Assembly (NCBI GenBank): GCA_905178155.1
Contig: CAJINV010000005.1
Location: 5,550,279 to 5,614,278, forward strand
Reading direction: 5' to 3'
From: Amoebophrya sp. A120
Taxonomy: Eukaryota > Protista > Dinoflagellata
DNA length: 64,000 nt
In this document: positions 61,289-64,000 of the stretch, one piece after another
Layout: each line of letters opens with the position of its first letter
How positions within the stretch are numbered: position 1 is the stretch's first letter
Translations under genes and position numbers: made by a program
Notes under the pieces: model-generated
Databases searched by the model: none
What the model was told of the DNA's origin: nothing
The model's input: only the letters and a program-made list of their open reading frames with translations

Positions 61289-61979
61289 CCTTCGGAATGA
61301 TGCCCCATATCATGATGAAAATGCCTCTACATCTACACTAAGACATGCGGATCGTGTGTCTCGCACATGCCTGAGTAGAGTGAGGCTGCGCCGCAGCTTC
61401 GCTGTACTTGTTGTCTCTACAGCACTAGTTCCTTCTTCGCGATCGTGAAAAAGTTGTATCTATATTGCAAAATATTGTACCGCTACCGGCACAGTGACAG
61501 TCAACATCTGCACCATCTCCACCACAATCGCTTTCCAGAAAAGAAGTCGTAATTATGTAGGTGATGATCGAAAAATTACAGGAAACATATTTGTTGAAAC
61601 AGAGCTTACTCGTCTCAAATGATTTTTCTTTCGGAAATCATAAATGGTTCGTTTTCTGTTTAGTTTTGGAAGTTTTGTTTTGTGCACGCTCTGAGCATTT
61701 TTTTATCAAATCTTTACCTTTTGGAGCTGTAAACTAAATTGTACTACTCGAATGAAGCACGGTGAAGAGGACCACACAAGAAACATCAAGAAACTGCAAC
61801 TTCTATTTAAGTAAAAGTAATGGCCACGACAGCGGTCGTGGTTATTTATATTTTCTCTATTTGCTACTATTTATGATCTCGAAGTTTTTCATTTTTTGAC
61901 GCCGTGCGGCAAATGTGGAAATCTACCGGTGCGTGATCAACATGCGCTGTTTTGGACGACATTGCGTTACATTCTACAA

Positions 61980-62075
61980 GCTATCCTAGCTTATCCTAGT
62001 GTATGATGAAGCCTGCTTGTCCTAGCCTGCTTGTCCTAGCTATCCTGAGCCTGCTTGTCCTAGTGTATGATGAAG
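61980..62075. repeat. Mosaic short direct repeats
   Basis: gcctgcttgtcctag x3, tcctagtgtatgatgaag x2, gctatcct x2. Confidence 0.8.
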
Positions 62076-63522
62076 TATAAGTAGCGATGTGCTACATTCC
62101 AGAGAGCAAAAGAAGATTGCAGCTGCACCGATAAATTATAGCGAACCGCGGCGGAGGAAACGCAGGCGAGCAGCTTCTTGTTGTATTTGTGGTAATTAGT
62201 TTATGCTGGAGACAAAAGTCATTCAGTGTCAACATTTTGGAACGCATTCCACATCTACTCATTAGTGTTGCTTCACTTCACGAGCACGACCTGCTTCTCG
62301 CCTTTGAGCCACCGCAACATCACATGCGCAGCAGTCGCAGAAGCAGCGTGGTCCTCGAGCACAAATTTACTTTTAGCCGGATCTAGTACTTGGACGTCGA
62401 CGTCCGTTCGTGTTGGTGCTATTTCTACGCAAAAAAAAAAGCAGGAAACAAGCTTTCCGCAGAAGGTCCGTCCGGACTGTCTTTGCCAGAGGAGGCAAGA
62501 TGTCGAAAACAAACGCGACGATGATGTCGCGAAAGTAGAGCAAGAGGCTCTACTTGAAACGGAAAACGCGCGCGAGGAAAGAACATTGCTATGAAATATT
62601 AAATTGCTCCTGTATTCTTGGTCTTCACCAGCGTCCTTTTTTGGTTAAGGGACCACGGACTGACCGCGCAGCACCGCATTTAGTGCTCGGTGTTGTTGTT
62701 CTCTGGTGAAGATGAAACCACGTAGGATATGGATATTAAACTCTAAGTATTAACTGGGTCCTCCAATCCTGGCACCCCCGAAACAGAACAGGATCCGTGT
62801 TGCGAATTGAAAATGATCGATCTGGTGTTGATGCAGCTCTGCTGGTAAAAAAGACAGGAGGTGGTCTCTCTGACCTTGTTCTAAGTGATTAGGTGTTGTA
62901 GAAGATCTTTCCTCATATCAATTAGACCCGTTCAAAAGTTCCATTTTTTTTTGCGCAACCAAAAACTGCCCGTGATTCGAACCAGAAAAAAAGGATTGCC
63001 TACAACGCTCTGATCTTCCATTTCTTTTTCACGGACGAAGATGGCGAGAGCATTTTTATACTACGCACAGTATAATTCCGGGTCTTTGTGCAGCCGATAT
63101 TAGCTGACGCCATCGACATTTCATTCCTACCTTTCGCATCAGAACATCTACCAGTTTTGATGTACCTAGAGTACTTGCTTGTACCTCTTTTTCATATCGT
63201 CCAAGGAGTCAATTCCAAGTGCAAGTTGCACCTGTGGTTTTGAATTTGATGTAGCGAAAAATCAATTTTCTACCTTTACATTTAGATTTAGATTTACTCG
63301 ACGTGGTGGGATATTCTTCCCGTGTTGAACCCTTCAACATATAAGAAGTTCCGCAGAGATATTGTGCCCTCTCCTGTACAATTTTACGTACGGCGTATGC
63401 ACAGCCGTCTACTTTTCTTTTCACAGACACTTCTACATCACACTTGCCGGCTTCGTTTTATTTTTCTCACTACAGCATTTTTGCTGGCCAAAAGTTTTGG
63501 CCCAAAACATCGATCACCAAAA

Positions 63523-63602
63523 ATGGCTTTTTTCAACTACAAGTCGCGCGAAAAGCTTCCGGCACTTCCTCCGACTTGTTTGGCCGGAGCTGCGTCGTGG
63601 CG
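63523..63602 (+). CDS. Probable first exon of a gene running off the window
   Basis: ATG MAFFNYKSREKLPALPP followed directly by an introner, as in other genes. Confidence 0.35.
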
Positions 63603-63812
63603 TATGGAAGTGTCAGGATTGAAATCGTCAAAGTTGAAATAGTTTGTGATGCGTAAAATGCTAGACGCAGAGGGCCTGTCTTGCAGAGCAGGCAACTGAG
63701 ACCGATTATAAGTCTGTTTGGGGTGTGAGGTAGAGCTGCTAAAATAGCATGACAAAAGCAGTCTTCTCTGCTCAAACAGCATGACAAATTGGATTTCCAT
63801 GCTCCCAAAATT
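63603..63812. mobile_element. Introner family E, left part, interrupted by another sequence
   Basis: Family-E left TIR and body; similarity stops at ~63812. Confidence 0.8.
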
Positions 63813-63850
63813 ACTATCTAAACTGCAGCAGCTGGTCAAAAATGCATGCG

Positions 63851-64000
63851 AGGGGTATGTTCGGGGGTATGTTCGGGGGTGTGTCAGGGGTATGCAAATG
63901 GCAGCCAATCACGACCTGAGTACAAATTTTTGGCGAAAAAGCAGAAGGTGGGGTATAAACATACCCCAGACACACCCCAGACACACCCCAGACATACCCC
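63851..64000. repeat. Inverted clusters of ~12-bp G4-tract repeats
   Basis: (ggggtatgttcg)-like x3-4 at 63851-63895; complementary (caccccagaca)-like x3-4 at 63960-64000. Confidence 0.75.

Noticed and set aside
62189-62594. Short + strand ORFs as a gene
   Set aside because: No ATG start, recognisable domain or introner-joined continuation
253-63908. Minus-strand ORFs and recurring peptides such as KMSGSG, QKYRTR, NYFNFVDFD
   Set aside because: Antisense shadows of GC-rich exons or translations of introner TIRs
63851-64000. Telomeric repeats
   Set aside because: ~12-bp imperfect units in inverted clusters, not a TTTAGGG-type array
1-64000. Autonomous transposase, reverse transcriptase, rRNA or tRNA genes
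   Set aside because: No DDE, RT or tyrosine-recombinase motifs or RNA-gene signatures recognised by eye; a profile search could still find divergent ones

Overview
Eukaryotic, gene-dense DNA whose architecture resembles the syndinian dinoflagellate Amoebophrya (an inference; the taxon is not proven). About 12 protein genes lie on the + strand. I traced ~52 complete and 2 edge-truncated or disrupted short elements (mostly 100-370 bp) from at least 10 sequence families. They share one grammar: a 5-bp direct repeat (TSD), then TA(T)...terminal inverted repeats...(A)TA, then the TSD again. Removing an element plus one TSD rejoins flanking ORFs in frame, often through conserved motifs, so they behave as non-canonical 'introner' introns. 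They occur in both orientations, share an internal TTTGTNATGC/GCATNACAAA motif, and were seen only in genes or their probable 3' UTRs. Recognisable reconstructed genes: a multi-cold-shock-domain protein, an RNA Pol III RPC4-like subunit, a strictosidine-synthase/APMAP-like propeller and a DUF229 sulfatase-like protein. Several introners carry passengers: a structured 762-bp tandem array, a 1.18-kb TIR element with a 20-bp array, and a nested IR element. A 2-kb foreign gene fragment with 45-bp direct repeats is fused in frame into the propeller gene. All boundaries were read by eye and may be off by a base or two.
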